From positions 3,072,001 to 3,136,000 of the forward strand of contig CAXXHB010000003.1 in the NCBI GenBank assembly GCA_963664815.2: a stretch of DNA of 64,000 bases. Direction: 5' to 3'. This document shows positions 9,117 to 19,611 of this stretch, one piece after another; position 1 is the first letter of the stretch; the number at the start of each line of letters is the position of its first letter. Under the pieces are notes generated by a model. That model was given only the letters and a program-made list of their open reading frames with translations, was not told where the DNA came from and did not search any database. This stretch comes from Spirochaetota bacterium. Lineage in GTDB: Bacteria > Spirochaetota > UBA4802 > UBA5550. The translations under genes were made by a program, and so were the position numbers.

Positions 9117-9734
9117 TTACCTGTTACCCTCTTTTGAAGAAGCCGCCAGAGCCTCTTTTGAGAGTATCTCAAGGTTCTGCATAATGGTTTTCAGCCTTTT
9201 GCTGAAAAAATTGTTCATCATAACAACAGGTATAGCTATAAGAAGACCGCATGCGGTTGAAAGCAGCGCCGTTGAAATACTCCTCATTACAACTTCCGCC
9301 CCGGTGTTCCCGAGTGTTCCCAGATTATAAAAAGCCTTTATTATCCCGAGAACAGTTCCCAGCAGCCCGATAAAAGGAGCATTATTTCCGAGGGTGCCGA
9401 GAATGATTATCCTTCTTTCAAGAAATATTCTCTCTTCAATAAGCTTTCCCTCCATTAGATGCGCAAGCGGTTTTTCACCTGTGCCGAAATGCTCCTGAAT
9501 AAATGCCGCAAAACGGGCATAGGCCGATTCGGGGTATGCTTTAATATATTCTCCAAGAGGAACAATATCACCCCCCCTGAGTTTTGTTATTATATCACTG
9601 AAAATCACATCTCCGATCTTCATATTGTGGCGGAATATTAGTCCCCTGTCAATTACAACAGCCACGGCAATAATGCTGGCGAGCACCATAACTGAAAAGA
9701 TCGCTCTTTCTCCAAGTGTAAGTAAATTTTCCAT
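9117..9734 (-). CDS. exbB: ExbB/TolQ/MotA proton channel
   Basis: APFIGLLGTVLGII and ISTALLSTACGLLIAIP motifs. Confidence 0.92.
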   Translation of the reverse strand: MENLLTLGERAIFSVMVLASIIAVAVVIDRGLIFRHNMKIGDVIFSDIITKLRGGDIVPLGEYIKAYPESAYARFAAFIQEHFGTGEKPLAHLMEGKLIEERIFLERRIIILGTLGNNAPFIGLLGTVLGIIKAFYNLGTLGNTGAEVVMRSISTALLSTACGLLIAIPVVMMNNFFSKRLKTIMQNLEILSKEALAASSKEGNR

Positions 9735-9755
9735 TTAATCCCTCTTTAATTTCCT

Positions 9756-10118
9756 TTATTTTTTATTATCCCTGATATATCTTATTACTTTTCCCTTTAC
9801 GTAAATACTTTCAACTGTACCGACGATATATATTTCTCTCTCCCGGGTGAATACAGCCTCTATGAGGTTATCCCCCCCCTTTCTTTTTATCGCGTCATTT
9901 ACCGCTTCATCACAGTTTGCAGCTGGTGTAACGGGCAGAACCCAGAACATTTTAAAACTGCTTGATGTACCCTCCGATTCACCCAGTACCTCATAGTGCG
10001 GTGATGCCATAAACTTCGCGTTTGTCTCAACTCCCACAGCATGGGACTGCCATGATATGCATCCTGTTAAAGGCATAAAAGCAGCCATGAGAAAGAGAAA
10101 TTTCAGAACAGGTTTCAT
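9756..10118 (-). CDS. Small lipoprotein (TRL-like), paralog of the upstream gene
   Basis: Lipobox LTGC. Shares LGxxEGxS...AxxDAIKxKGGDxLI...VKGxxI pattern with 10115..10504. Confidence 0.7.
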   Translation of the reverse strand: MKPVLKFLFLMAAFMPLTGCISWQSHAVGVETNAKFMASPHYEVLGESEGTSSSFKMFWVLPVTPAANCDEAVNDAIKRKGGDNLIEAVFTREREIYIVGTVESIYVKGKVIRYIRDNKK

Positions 10119-10504
10119 TTCTTTTTATCCTTTTTTTTATCTTTTGCTTCTGTTTCAGCTGAAGCAAATTTTATCGCCTCACCTTCGACCTTTACAGTTG
10201 TTACACTTCCGATTACAAAATATATCCATCTCTCATAACATCTTACATTGATCAGCGTATCTCCGTTTTTTTCTTTTAAGGCATCTTTAATAGCGAGATC
10301 AAGGTCTGGCCTTCCTATCATAAAAAGCCCCAGTACAGAACCAGCTGTATCACTCCCCTCTGTCCTGCCCAGGTTCTCTGCCACCTCCTTTCCGCTCAGA
10401 GGCGTAACTGATGAGGTAACACATATAGGTGTTGTGCTGCAAGAAGCGAAAATTAAACCCGCTGCGCATAAAGATATAAGAACCATCCCTTTTTTCTTTT
10501 TCAT
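10115..10504 (-). CDS. Small lipoprotein (TRL-like)
   Basis: Basic N-terminus, lipobox FASC, ENLGRTEGSD...AIKDALKEKNGDTLINV...VKVEGEAIKF. AGGAG RBS upstream. Confidence 0.75.
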   Translation of the reverse strand: MKKKKGMVLISLCAAGLIFASCSTTPICVTSSVTPLSGKEVAENLGRTEGSDTAGSVLGLFMIGRPDLDLAIKDALKEKNGDTLINVRCYERWIYFVIGSVTTVKVEGEAIKFASAETEAKDKKKDKKK

Positions 10505-10566
10505 TATATTTTACTCTCCTTTGATTCTGTTATTATAACTGCACCTTCATTGACGATGCTTAAAAA

Positions 10567-12942
10567 CTAGAACTTCACCTCAACCCCGAAATTCGGGAAC
10601 ATCGCAATCCCGGTACTCTTTTTTATACTGGGGTTGCTGTCAGAATATGCGTAACGGTAATCCCATTTATACTCTTCACTCTGGTAATTATCAGCATTAA
10701 TAACTTCGATATACCAGGATAAATTCCCCCACCTGTAATTCGTTTTGTGGCTGTATCGTATATCAATTTCATGTCCGGGACTCAGACGCGCCGAATTTGT
10801 CTTCCCGTAAAGCGGTTCCCATCTTGTTCCATACCCGGCTACCACAGTTGAATACTTTGTACCTACTATCGGGGTATATGGAGTCATTGAATAAAACTGT
10901 ACCTTTGTGCTTATTGTATGCTTCCCGAAGGTATAACCCGCAACCAGCTTTCCCACATGGGTCTGGTCATAATATGAATTTATCCAAACATCGGCATAAT
11001 TATCAGTTTCCTTATTTGATTTTATCCTGGAATTCGAATATGTATAACTTACCCAGCCGAAAAGCCCCTGGTCACGTTCCTCGCTGATCTTTGCCATAAT
11101 CTCAAATCCGAAAGTACGCAGATCACTGACATTATGGAACTCCCTGTCAGACCCGGTCTGGGTTTCAGCGTCAACGATATCCCAGAAATTATTATAAAAA
11201 CCTTCAGTCTTGAAGGTATAATCCGAGACCTTCTGTTCAAGGCTTACCGCCCTGTGGATTGACCTCTGGGGATCGAGGTAATCCGCCGCTGCAAGATTTG
11301 GATATTCGTTGAAATATGTTGCATTTGTCTGCATAAAACAGCTGTAGTATCCCCCTGCAGCCCCCAGCGTTGTTCCCGTCGGAAATGCAATGCTGATTGA
11401 ACCACGTGGATCCATCGTACTCTTGTTTGCAGGATAAAGATGTTCCGCATGATAGCCTGGCACAAGGGTAACCCAGCCGAAGGTAAACTTGTTTTCAACA
11501 TAATAAACCAGTGTTTTATTTACCGTTTTACCATCTACACTGGTTTTTTCAAAGCTGTCAGGATCACCGGGATCAAAGCCTGAACTGGTATTTTTAGGCA
11601 ATACAACATATCCTTCGGTAACGAACCTGTAATAATTGCATTCAACACCTGCCCTGAGTTCTCCGTGTGACTTCCACCACTCAAGTTTAATTTTGTCTTT
11701 GAGTCCGAAAATATAGGGCTTTGACGTAGTCCCGATATCGTGCGCCCATGATGCCGTTGCAGAGGGTAGTTCAATCCAGCGGTAGAAACCGGTCATTGCA
11801 CCATAAGCAAGCAGAGTATTTGAAAATGATTCCCCCGGTCTGAACGTGTAGTAAAGGCCGACATTATGCGACTGCTGATCCTGTTTCCATGTCGCATTAG
11901 TAAAGTACGGGTCAGCGCCCGCATCAAGGTATTCATCTTTAAGAATCAATTTCATCGTATCCCTGCTTCCGAAAGCAAGAACGGTGAGAGAGTTGCTGCT
12001 GTCAAGGATATACTTTGCCTTGAACTGGTAATCCCAGTATTCCGGGACAGAATCAAGTTTCTGACCGAGAATATATTCATAAAAAAGCGGAATAAAAAGC
12101 GACAGGTACCCTATCCGCGCAGATGCAATAATATACCCTTTGTTGACATCCTTCTCCTTACCATCTACAAAGGTTTTTTCTGTAATCGGGGTTTTAACCA
12201 GAGCACAGGCTGATATAAGACCTACATCGACATTCCCCCCCTCTTCATTGACTTCATCTATTGTATTGATATTAATAATTCCCGCCTGCGCATTGGAAAA
12301 CTGCGACGGGTACGATGAGGCATAAAGGTCTATCTCCCTCATCAGATCATTATTTATTACTGAATGAAATCCCCCGAAGTGCATAGGATTAAAAAGCGGT
12401 ATGTCATCTATATAATATCCGTTTACAGCTGAGTCTGCACCCCTGATTACCAGAGGTCCGAATATACCTCCGGGACGTGAAACACTGGGGAGGGATGTCA
12501 GAGCGTTAATGGAATCTCCAAAAGAAGCAGGTACCTCCTTGATCTCCTTCTTACTCATTGTAAGACGCGAGATCTTCTGAATATCCTTTTCACCCTTGAT
12601 CACGACTCCATTCCCTTTTGAGACATAGGGGTTCAGAATAAAATTACGGGTAACATTTCCTTCAATGGTAACAAACGTGGTAATGCTCTCAAGTCCGGGC
12701 GACTGCACCTTTACCACATACTTTCCGCTCTTTGGTATCTCCATGTAATAATTCCCCTGCGGGGCATTGATAACAAGCCCAGCCTCCTGTATTATCACAA
12801 TGGCGAAATTGACAGCTTTCTGCGTAGACCCGTCAATAACCTTACCCTGCATTGAATACCGGGCAGCGTATACGGAGGTATAGCCTGACAGAAAAAACAT
12901 GGCTGATGAAATGAAAACAAGCCGGACAAAATTCTTTCTCAT
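10567..12942 (-). CDS. TonB-dependent outer membrane receptor
   Basis: Signal peptide from MRKNF (ATG 12942; ORF is open to 13005). N-terminal carboxypeptidase-regulatory-like extension, plug domain (SLPSVSR...LVIRG...YYIDDIPLFNPMHFGG...GIININT), C-terminal FGVEVKF beta-signal. In operon with exbBD-tonB. Confidence 0.9.
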   Translation of the reverse strand: MRKNFVRLVFISSAMFFLSGYTSVYAARYSMQGKVIDGSTQKAVNFAIVIIQEAGLVINAPQGNYYMEIPKSGKYVVKVQSPGLESITTFVTIEGNVTRNFILNPYVSKGNGVVIKGEKDIQKISRLTMSKKEIKEVPASFGDSINALTSLPSVSRPGGIFGPLVIRGADSAVNGYYIDDIPLFNPMHFGGFHSVINNDLMREIDLYASSYPSQFSNAQAGIININTIDEVNEEGGNVDVGLISACALVKTPITEKTFVDGKEKDVNKGYIIASARIGYLSLFIPLFYEYILGQKLDSVPEYWDYQFKAKYILDSSNSLTVLAFGSRDTMKLILKDEYLDAGADPYFTNATWKQDQQSHNVGLYYTFRPGESFSNTLLAYGAMTGFYRWIELPSATASWAHDIGTTSKPYIFGLKDKIKLEWWKSHGELRAGVECNYYRFVTEGYVVLPKNTSSGFDPGDPDSFEKTSVDGKTVNKTLVYYVENKFTFGWVTLVPGYHAEHLYPANKSTMDPRGSISIAFPTGTTLGAAGGYYSCFMQTNATYFNEYPNLAAADYLDPQRSIHRAVSLEQKVSDYTFKTEGFYNNFWDIVDAETQTGSDREFHNVSDLRTFGFEIMAKISEERDQGLFGWVSYTYSNSRIKSNKETDNYADVWINSYYDQTHVGKLVAGYTFGKHTISTKVQFYSMTPYTPIVGTKYSTVVAGYGTRWEPLYGKTNSARLSPGHEIDIRYSHKTNYRWGNLSWYIEVINADNYQSEEYKWDYRYAYSDSNPSIKKSTGIAMFPNFGVEVKF

Positions 12943-13166
12943 CTTAAAGAGATCCTTTTCTATATTTATTTTCATGCTATAGTCTCTATTCAAAGATTTA
13001 AACACCCCTGAAGGGAATAGGTGTTACTTTATTAAAGAAAAATTACAGTAAAAATCACTGAATACAGGTTTTTTATTTAAATTTTTCCCTGGAATTTTAC
13101 ATCTTACTATCATGTTTTTCAGGTATCAAATTCTGAGTTCTGTCAATGTAAATACAGATTAATTTT

Positions 13167-13379
13167 TCAATCATTATCAATCCTGTACTCCAGAATATCT
13201 CCGGGCTGACATTCAAGATGCCTGCATATTTCATTAAGAGTTGATAGTCTTAATGCCCTGGCTTTCCCGGTTTTAAGAACGGAAAGATTCTGCTCTGTAA
13301 TTCCTATAAGAGCCGCAAGTTCATTGGATTTCATCTTGCGTCTTGCAAGCATAACATCCAGATTTATTATGATAGCCAT
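13167..13379 (-). CDS. Xre/Cro-family HTH regulator (YozG-like)
   Basis: MAIIINLDVMLARRKM...GITEQNLSVLKTGKARALRLSTL...CQPGDILEY, the typical partner of DUF2975 genes. Confidence 0.9.
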   Translation of the reverse strand: MAIIINLDVMLARRKMKSNELAALIGITEQNLSVLKTGKARALRLSTLNEICRHLECQPGDILEYRIDND

Positions 13380-13388
13380 CAGCAGCCC

Positions 13389-13934
13389 CTATACCGTATA
13401 TTCCTGTTCATCCATCATTTCTTTACCCGCATCCATTATCCATGAAATCAGCACCACGATCATGCCGATTATGCACATCGCAATATCAGCAGACGACAGG
13501 GAGAGGGTAACTACTCTCTGGCCGGGAGGATTATGAAGTGAAATAATAACAGACATTGCAGAATTATGTATTATCCCTGCTATCATTGATATTATTATAA
13601 TGTATCCCAGTTTCCTGTAGCATTCAACATTTCCCCTGCTGAAAATAACACCTTTTTCATACAATGAAAAGAGTTTTATAAGAACATAAAAACCCCACAT
13701 CAATATAGAAGAGACCGCAAGCGCGGCCAGAGATGAATAAATCCTCTGGTCAACAGCAAGGTTGACAGGTGAAGTGATAAGATACTCTTTCATAATCTGT
13801 ATTTTCATTAAATACGGAAGGTTATTATAAAACATCCACATTATAACTGAAATCGCCGGCGTAATAATTATAAAACCGATAAACAACAGTTTAAAAAACC
13901 TGCTCCTCTTTTTAATTCTCTCAAGTCTTTCCAT
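13389..13934 (-). CDS. DUF2975-like membrane protein
   Basis: Four TM segments, YEKGVIFSRGNV and C-terminal GKEMMDEQEYTV, directly upstream of a YozG-like HTH gene. Confidence 0.8.
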   Translation of the reverse strand: MERLERIKKRSRFFKLLFIGFIIITPAISVIMWMFYNNLPYLMKIQIMKEYLITSPVNLAVDQRIYSSLAALAVSSILMWGFYVLIKLFSLYEKGVIFSRGNVECYRKLGYIIIISMIAGIIHNSAMSVIISLHNPPGQRVVTLSLSSADIAMCIIGMIVVLISWIMDAGKEMMDEQEYTV

Positions 13935-14021
13935 AGATTATCTCCATTTTATATTCAGACTGTATCTGAATTCTGCCATTTTTATGCAAAATCCTGATTT
14001 ATTGTTCAGCCTGTGGAGGGT

Positions 14022-14080
14022 GATATATTTACAATAAAAGAAAATGTCAATAATTATTTATTGTTTATCGATAATAAATT
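14022..14080 (-). promoter_or_regulatory. Putative sigma-70 promoter and operator for the DUF2975-HTH pair
   Basis: Minus strand TTGACA (14050-14045) -N17- TATATC (14027-14022). Palindrome TTATCGATAA at ~14065-14074 just upstream. Confidence 0.45.
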
Positions 14081-14112
14081 ATCTTTAATCATACATATGG
14101 ATGCAAATCAGA

Positions 14113-15711
14113 TTATTCAATACAGGCAATCTCTTCAACAACCTCACCGGCAACTATTTCATCTTTAGAAATTACTGCATTGCTCCCCGGCAGGAAAAGG
14201 GCGGCTATAAATGCCAGTACTACCAGGGTACTCCCTACCAGAAATGCATCCTGAAAAGAGAGTACCGTAGCACGCTGTACAACTTTTTTGACAAGAATTC
14301 CCTGTGCTGCCTGTGCTGACTGCGCATATGTATAGCCAAGCGAATGTATGTGATGGAACAGATTCTGAAATGATTCTGTAAATGCAGGGGATGTCCTGTC
14401 AATTGATGAAGCCAGGCCTCCGATATGATATGGAACCCTGTGCCCAAGAACAGTAGATAAAAGTGAAATTCCTACCGACCCGCCGACCTGCTGCATAATA
14501 TTAAGCATCGATGACGCCATTCCGGTATCCTTTTGTGGTACGGAATTCATCGCTGCAGCGGTAATCGGAGCCATGAGTAGCCCGAGACCTACCCCTCTGA
14601 CTATTGTCGGACTGATCAGATCAAACGCTGTCATGGTTACATCCATATTTCTGTACATGAACATAAAAAGCCAGAGTCCCGTAAGGCCGATCAGTGTCGG
14701 TATCCGCGGGCCAATTTTATCACCTATCCTTCCTCCAACCGGCATTATAAATGCCATAACAAGCGACCCCGGCAGGAGTATAAGCCCGCTCTGCATCTCC
14801 TCATATCCCATCTGCTGCTGCATAAAAAGCGGAAGAAGAAATATTCCGCCGAAAAGCACCACCGATCTGACCAGGAATACCACTGAGCAGGCGGAAAAAA
14901 CCGGTAATTTAAAAAGACTCAGATTTATTATACCATAATCTATAGTGGTTTCAACAAGAAGAAAACAGAGAAGTCCCAGCGCAGATATAACAGTGCATGT
15001 TAAAATATATACGGATGTCCACCCCTCGCTTTCACCTTTAGAAAGCCCGAGAAGTAACGCTACCAGGAATATCGTCAGGAAACAGAATCCCCATAAATCG
15101 AAAGGACGATGTGTGCTTTTATGAGGTACATCCCGAACCAGCAGTATAGATGCCGCTATAAATACCATTATTCCTATAGGGAGATTCACCAGGAATATTG
15201 ACCTCCATCCGAAATGGTTTGTCAGATAACCCCCGATTGTAGGTCCCACCGCCGGCCCCATTATTACGCCCATGCCCCATATTCCCATAGCCTTACCCCT
15301 TTCATGAGGTTCGAAGACTTCTGAAATCATAGCCATCCCTGTAGGAGTAATCGCCCCCCCTCCAAGAGCCTGTATTACCCTTGCGCCTATAAGCGACGGA
15401 AGATTCCATGCAACACCGCACAGCAGCGATCCCGCCGTAAAAACAACAAGACTCGCCATATATAGAGCCCTGTATCCGATTCTGTCCCTGAACCATGCAG
15501 TTAAAGGCATTAATGTTGCAAATGCGATCATATAACCGGTGACAACCCACTCAATTTCATCCACGCTGGCGCCGAAGTCTGCCATAATCGCCGGAATTGA
15601 AACGTTAACAATACTGCTGTCGAGACTTGCCATCAGCGTTCCCGCCATGACTATCCCCATAACCATCCATTTGTAATTATCAGGCCTTTCATGCCTGCCG
15701 GCAGAACTCAT
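14113..15711 (-). CDS. emrB: DHA2-family MFS efflux pump (EmrB/QacA-like)
   Basis: LDSSIVNVSIP, WVVTGYM, DRIGYR motif A, RVIQALGGG, GPAVGPTIGGYLT, WRSIFLVNLPIG; 14-TM pattern. Confidence 0.92.
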   Translation of the reverse strand: MSSAGRHERPDNYKWMVMGIVMAGTLMASLDSSIVNVSIPAIMADFGASVDEIEWVVTGYMIAFATLMPLTAWFRDRIGYRALYMASLVVFTAGSLLCGVAWNLPSLIGARVIQALGGGAITPTGMAMISEVFEPHERGKAMGIWGMGVIMGPAVGPTIGGYLTNHFGWRSIFLVNLPIGIMVFIAASILLVRDVPHKSTHRPFDLWGFCFLTIFLVALLLGLSKGESEGWTSVYILTCTVISALGLLCFLLVETTIDYGIINLSLFKLPVFSACSVVFLVRSVVLFGGIFLLPLFMQQQMGYEEMQSGLILLPGSLVMAFIMPVGGRIGDKIGPRIPTLIGLTGLWLFMFMYRNMDVTMTAFDLISPTIVRGVGLGLLMAPITAAAMNSVPQKDTGMASSMLNIMQQVGGSVGISLLSTVLGHRVPYHIGGLASSIDRTSPAFTESFQNLFHHIHSLGYTYAQSAQAAQGILVKKVVQRATVLSFQDAFLVGSTLVVLAFIAALFLPGSNAVISKDEIVAGEVVEEIACIE

Positions 15712-15713
15712 CT

Positions 15714-16586
15714 TCAGCGCACCCTTATTTTTACTTCAACAGACTGCCCGACCCTGAGGTTTACACCCGGATGAGGGTCCAGTTCAATCTTTACGGGGAT
15801 TCTCTGTACAAGCTTTATAAAATTACCCGCCGAGCTGTCAGAAGGAATGAGGGCAAATGTCGCTGCCGTAGCCTTCCGCACCTCAAGCACCTTCCCTGTA
15901 AGCTTTCCACCTTCATCAATATAAATTGTCACTCTCTGCCCGGGGCGTACAAGGGCTACAGATGTCTCTTCTATATTTGCCGACGCCCATGCATGCCCTA
16001 TGTCAACAACCGTTACTGCAGTCTGGTTTGTCTCCAGAATATTACCTGTCTGCGCCAGTTTCTGCACCACAACTCCATCTACCGGGCTTCTGAGTGTTGT
16101 AAATTCAAGGGCCAGAGCGGCAAGCTGAAGATCACCTTCCGCGCCAAGGGCTTCCGATCTGGCCCTGTCTAGCTGCTGACGGCTCGCGCCGTTCTGCGCA
16201 GTAAGTGACTCCATGCGCTGAAGTTCCATAGATGCAAAAGATGCCCTGGCCTTTGCTTTTTTATACTGGGCTTCTGCCGCACGATGATCAAGCTCTGCAA
16301 GCTCCATCCCGGACGTTACATTATCACCCTCGGACACATTGATTTTTAAAATCTGACCGTTAACGCCGCGATTGGCAATTTTTACAATATCTGCCATTAT
16401 CCTTGCATCATCAGTTGAAACATAGGGCCTTAAAAATACTATCCAGAATAGTATGACGATAAATGTTAGACCTCCGACTGCGCAGGCTGCTATCCTGGAT
16501 GCGCGGGTCTGCCACCATGATGTTTTATTTTTTCCAGCCGTAGTATCTTCAAACTGTGATACTACCGGTATGCTTTTTTTATTCAT
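15714..16586 (-). CDS. emrA: EmrA/HlyD-family periplasmic adaptor
   Basis: YVSTDDA, SPVDGVV and FALIPSDSSAGNFIKLVQRIPVKI, which is the EmrA signature. Confidence 0.9.
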   Translation of the reverse strand: MNKKSIPVVSQFEDTTAGKNKTSWWQTRASRIAACAVGGLTFIVILFWIVFLRPYVSTDDARIMADIVKIANRGVNGQILKINVSEGDNVTSGMELAELDHRAAEAQYKKAKARASFASMELQRMESLTAQNGASRQQLDRARSEALGAEGDLQLAALALEFTTLRSPVDGVVVQKLAQTGNILETNQTAVTVVDIGHAWASANIEETSVALVRPGQRVTIYIDEGGKLTGKVLEVRKATAATFALIPSDSSAGNFIKLVQRIPVKIELDPHPGVNLRVGQSVEVKIRVR

Positions 16587-16629
16587 TCTGCACCTCTGAA
16601 TATATATCAGTTAATTTTTTAATTTAACT

Positions 16630-18030
16630 TTAAAATCTGAAATAATCGGAACCTAACGCCCTGTTCAATCTGGCTTTTGATATCTGGAACTCGTAAAGCG
16701 ACTGTACATACATCGTTTTTGCATTGCTCAGTTCCACATTGGCATTGAGCAGCTCGGTGTTGTCGATCATACCGTTTTTAAACTGGAGAACCGCTACACG
16801 AAGTGATTCCTCGGCAGATTTTATATTCCCTCTTTGTGACAATATTGAATGAGATGCCGATTCAAGACTGAGAAGCCCGTCCTGTATTTCGAACCTTATG
16901 CTCCTTACAAAATCCTCCATCTCCAGATCTGCCTGTTTTGATAGGCTTTTAAACTGTCCCGATCTGGGGCCGGATGAATCTGCCGGGCTTAATGCGCCCC
17001 ACCTGTATGTTGCCCCTAAAGAAATATTCCAGTTTTTATTCCATCCCGGCGGATTAAGCTCATTGTTTAATCCGTTTATTATTGAATTGGCCAGCTCGTT
17101 GCCATATTCTCCATCACCCTTCGGATTAATAAGTTTAGTTGACCCGTAGGAACCATTGACAAAGAAGGAAGGCCAGAGATAAACAGATTCACTCTCCATA
17201 GCTTTATCATCAGACAGACTTTTTTTATGGCTGATCTGGATCAGCTCCGGCCTGTTTTTCAGGGCAATAGCCACAAGTTCTCCATAATGCCCCATCAGGT
17301 CATCCTCTTTCATGCTGATAACCGACTTATCATCGCTGCTTTCAAGCTGCAGGGCATTTCCGTCAAGAACCAGTGGCGCATCTATCTCTCTCCCGAGGTG
17401 AAGATTGAACGCTGCCTTTGCCGCTTCAGATTCTTTCCTTGCATTGATCAGCCTTGTGTTCTCATTTGCAGCCGCAACACCTGCCCGGAGAAAAGCAAGC
17501 CTGGTAAAGCTTCCGTTTTTATAGCCCGCCTCAACTACCCGGAGATTCTCCTCAAGGGCTTTTACAGAATCGGATCTGAGCTTAACACCCTCCCTTGCAA
17601 GCAGCAGCCTGTAATAAAGCTGAATTGCATTCATTGTTGTATCTGCCTTGATTCTGCGTTCATCATTTACCGTAATAATCTTCTCCTCTCTTGCTGATTG
17701 AAGCCTGTAGTAAAATGCTCCGGGATTCACTGCCAGTGAACCTTTTATCAGCTGCAGATTATACTGCCCATTACTGCCCCTGTCAGCTTCCCATCTCGTT
17801 GCAGATGCCGCACTGCCGAGTTCCGGCCATAACTCACCCCATACCTCATGCACTTTAAGGCTCTTTTCATTTACCTTTTCTTTTGCTGTTTTGTACCTGT
17901 TATTATTTTCCAGAGAAATTGATATGGCATCATTCAGGCTGATACGTTCATCAGCTGCCAGTGAAAAAGAACATATCATCATAATAACAAGAGAAAATAA
18001 TATTTTATTGTATACGCCTTTCATCATCAT
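16630..18030 (-). CDS. TolC-family outer membrane efflux protein
   Basis: Signal peptide, ALKNRPEL, OEP repeats, FKNGMIDNTELLNA. Upstream of emrA-emrB. Confidence 0.87.
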   Translation of the reverse strand: MMMKGVYNKILFSLVIMMICSFSLAADERISLNDAISISLENNNRYKTAKEKVNEKSLKVHEVWGELWPELGSAASATRWEADRGSNGQYNLQLIKGSLAVNPGAFYYRLQSAREEKIITVNDERRIKADTTMNAIQLYYRLLLAREGVKLRSDSVKALEENLRVVEAGYKNGSFTRLAFLRAGVAAANENTRLINARKESEAAKAAFNLHLGREIDAPLVLDGNALQLESSDDKSVISMKEDDLMGHYGELVAIALKNRPELIQISHKKSLSDDKAMESESVYLWPSFFVNGSYGSTKLINPKGDGEYGNELANSIINGLNNELNPPGWNKNWNISLGATYRWGALSPADSSGPRSGQFKSLSKQADLEMEDFVRSIRFEIQDGLLSLESASHSILSQRGNIKSAEESLRVAVLQFKNGMIDNTELLNANVELSNAKTMYVQSLYEFQISKARLNRALGSDYFRF

Positions 18031-18650
18031 TTATCCTTTTTATCAGAATCATTTTTAACAGCAGAATTAACTCCGGGAAGTCCCTGGCAGAAAATTCTGC
18101 AGAGAGTAATAATTTCATGTTCAAGCTGATCAATTGAAGCGTCAAAAAAACTGAATAATACACCCCTGATTGAATAGGTAAGTAAAGTTGCATAATATCT
18201 TAAATTATCAATTTTAGCCAGTTTTTTGTCTTTCAGAAATATTTCGGTAATCAATGTACTATGTATTTCAGTTACCAGATCTCTGAACTTTTTATGTGTC
18301 CCCAGGGAAAAATGAAAATCATCATTTCCGAGTTTGTAGACATCCTTGAATTTTTTTCTCATAGGAAGAAAATTTCTGCAGAAAGCAGTAAAACAATCAT
18401 CTACTGTCTGTGCAGACTCTATTGCCTGTTTAAGTTCCAGACTGTAATTTCGAAAATCATACTCCCCCACTGCAACAAACAGGTCTTCCTTGCTTTTATA
18501 ATAGTAATAGAGGGCGCTGCGGGTTATGTTCATCTTTGCTGCTACATCATCCATAGTGACTTTTTTATAACCATATTCACTGAATATCTTTTGTGCAACC
18601 TCTATTATCTCCTGATCTCTTCCTGTTGAATTTATCAGAGTCTCATCCAT
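18027..18650 (-). CDS. TetR/AcrR-family regulator
   Basis: HTH: FSEYGYKKVTMDDVAAKMNITRSALYYYYKSKEDLF. Start taken at ATG 18650 after AAGGTG RBS. Overlaps the tolC start. Confidence 0.9.
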   Translation of the reverse strand: MDETLINSTGRDQEIIEVAQKIFSEYGYKKVTMDDVAAKMNITRSALYYYYKSKEDLFVAVGEYDFRNYSLELKQAIESAQTVDDCFTAFCRNFLPMRKKFKDVYKLGNDDFHFSLGTHKKFRDLVTEIHSTLITEIFLKDKKLAKIDNLRYYATLLTYSIRGVLFSFFDASIDQLEHEIITLCRIFCQGLPGVNSAVKNDSDKKDK

Positions 18651-18651
18651 A

Positions 18652-18726
18652 GATAACACCTTCCAATGTTTTGACGAATTGACGTTTATAGTTATTCTTC
18701 GAATATAATCATAGTTTTTATAAATA
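18652..18726 (-). promoter_or_regulatory. Upstream regulatory region of tetR-1, duplicated with 19612-19688
   Basis: ACACCTTCCAATGTTTTGACGAATTGACG...AATATAATCATAGTTTTTATAAA aligns nearly ungapped with the region upstream of tetR-2. Confidence 0.7.
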
Positions 18727-18831
18727 TTCAGTATTATTACAACAGGGTAAGGATACCAGGAGTAATCGGTACATTATTTTTCATTCAACAGGAAAGAAGA
18801 CCGGGTTCAGCATCATATACCGTGAAGATTC

Positions 18832-19488
18832 CTATACTGCTGCCCCCTGCAGTTTTTCATTCTGAGGTTTCCCTTCTACAATTCCATTCAGCAGAACATC
18901 TATAATATTAATATTAAAAGTATCAATTTGACTTCTGTTATCATCCGTTTTGAAACCGGCTCTCCCGAGAAAAAAGTCAGGAAGGAAATTCAAAATAAGC
19001 ATACCGTATATACTGACCATTATCTGCTCTGTATCAATATCACGAAAATATCTGGCAGATTTCCCCCTCTCGATAAAGTCTTTCATAAAAACTCCGATAT
19101 TTTTATCTTTGTAAGTTTCATTGATATATTTTACAGATTTAAGAGTCTCTTCCTGTCCATTACTCATAGCATCAATAAGTATATTTCTGTAATCCGGATT
19201 TTCATTAAAAAAACTGATATATGAAGATAAGAAATAATACAATTCGTCAATATAACTTTCATTCCGCTGCTCAAGCCTCTCTGCAACAGGAGCAAGTGCT
19301 TCAATCAGCTTTTCATGTATGAATTTTATCACTTCAAAATAAAGCTCATCCTTGCTGCTATAGATGTAATATATCATCGCCTTATTTATATGACCATGTC
19401 TTGCTATATCCTCAACATGTGCACAATGCCTCCCTTTTTCAGAAAATACCGGAATAGCCGCGTTTATAATTCTCTCTCTGCTTATCAT
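18832..19488 (-). CDS. TetR/AcrR-family regulator
   Basis: HTH: AAIPVFSEKG...VEDIARHGHINKAMIYYIYSSKDELY. Start taken at ATG 19488 after GAGG. Confidence 0.88.
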   Translation of the reverse strand: MISRERIINAAIPVFSEKGRHCAHVEDIARHGHINKAMIYYIYSSKDELYFEVIKFIHEKLIEALAPVAERLEQRNESYIDELYYFLSSYISFFNENPDYRNILIDAMSNGQEETLKSVKYINETYKDKNIGVFMKDFIERGKSARYFRDIDTEQIMVSIYGMLILNFLPDFFLGRAGFKTDDNRSQIDTFNINIIDVLLNGIVEGKPQNEKLQGAAV

Positions 19489-19611
19489 AAAAAACCTCTG
19501 ATCAGACAATAGTAAAAGCTGTAAATCTGTCTGTGATTGATTTATATTTCTGTTGAAATACCGGCCTGACCGCTTACCGCTGAATTTATCAGATTCTCAC
19601 AATTATATAAC

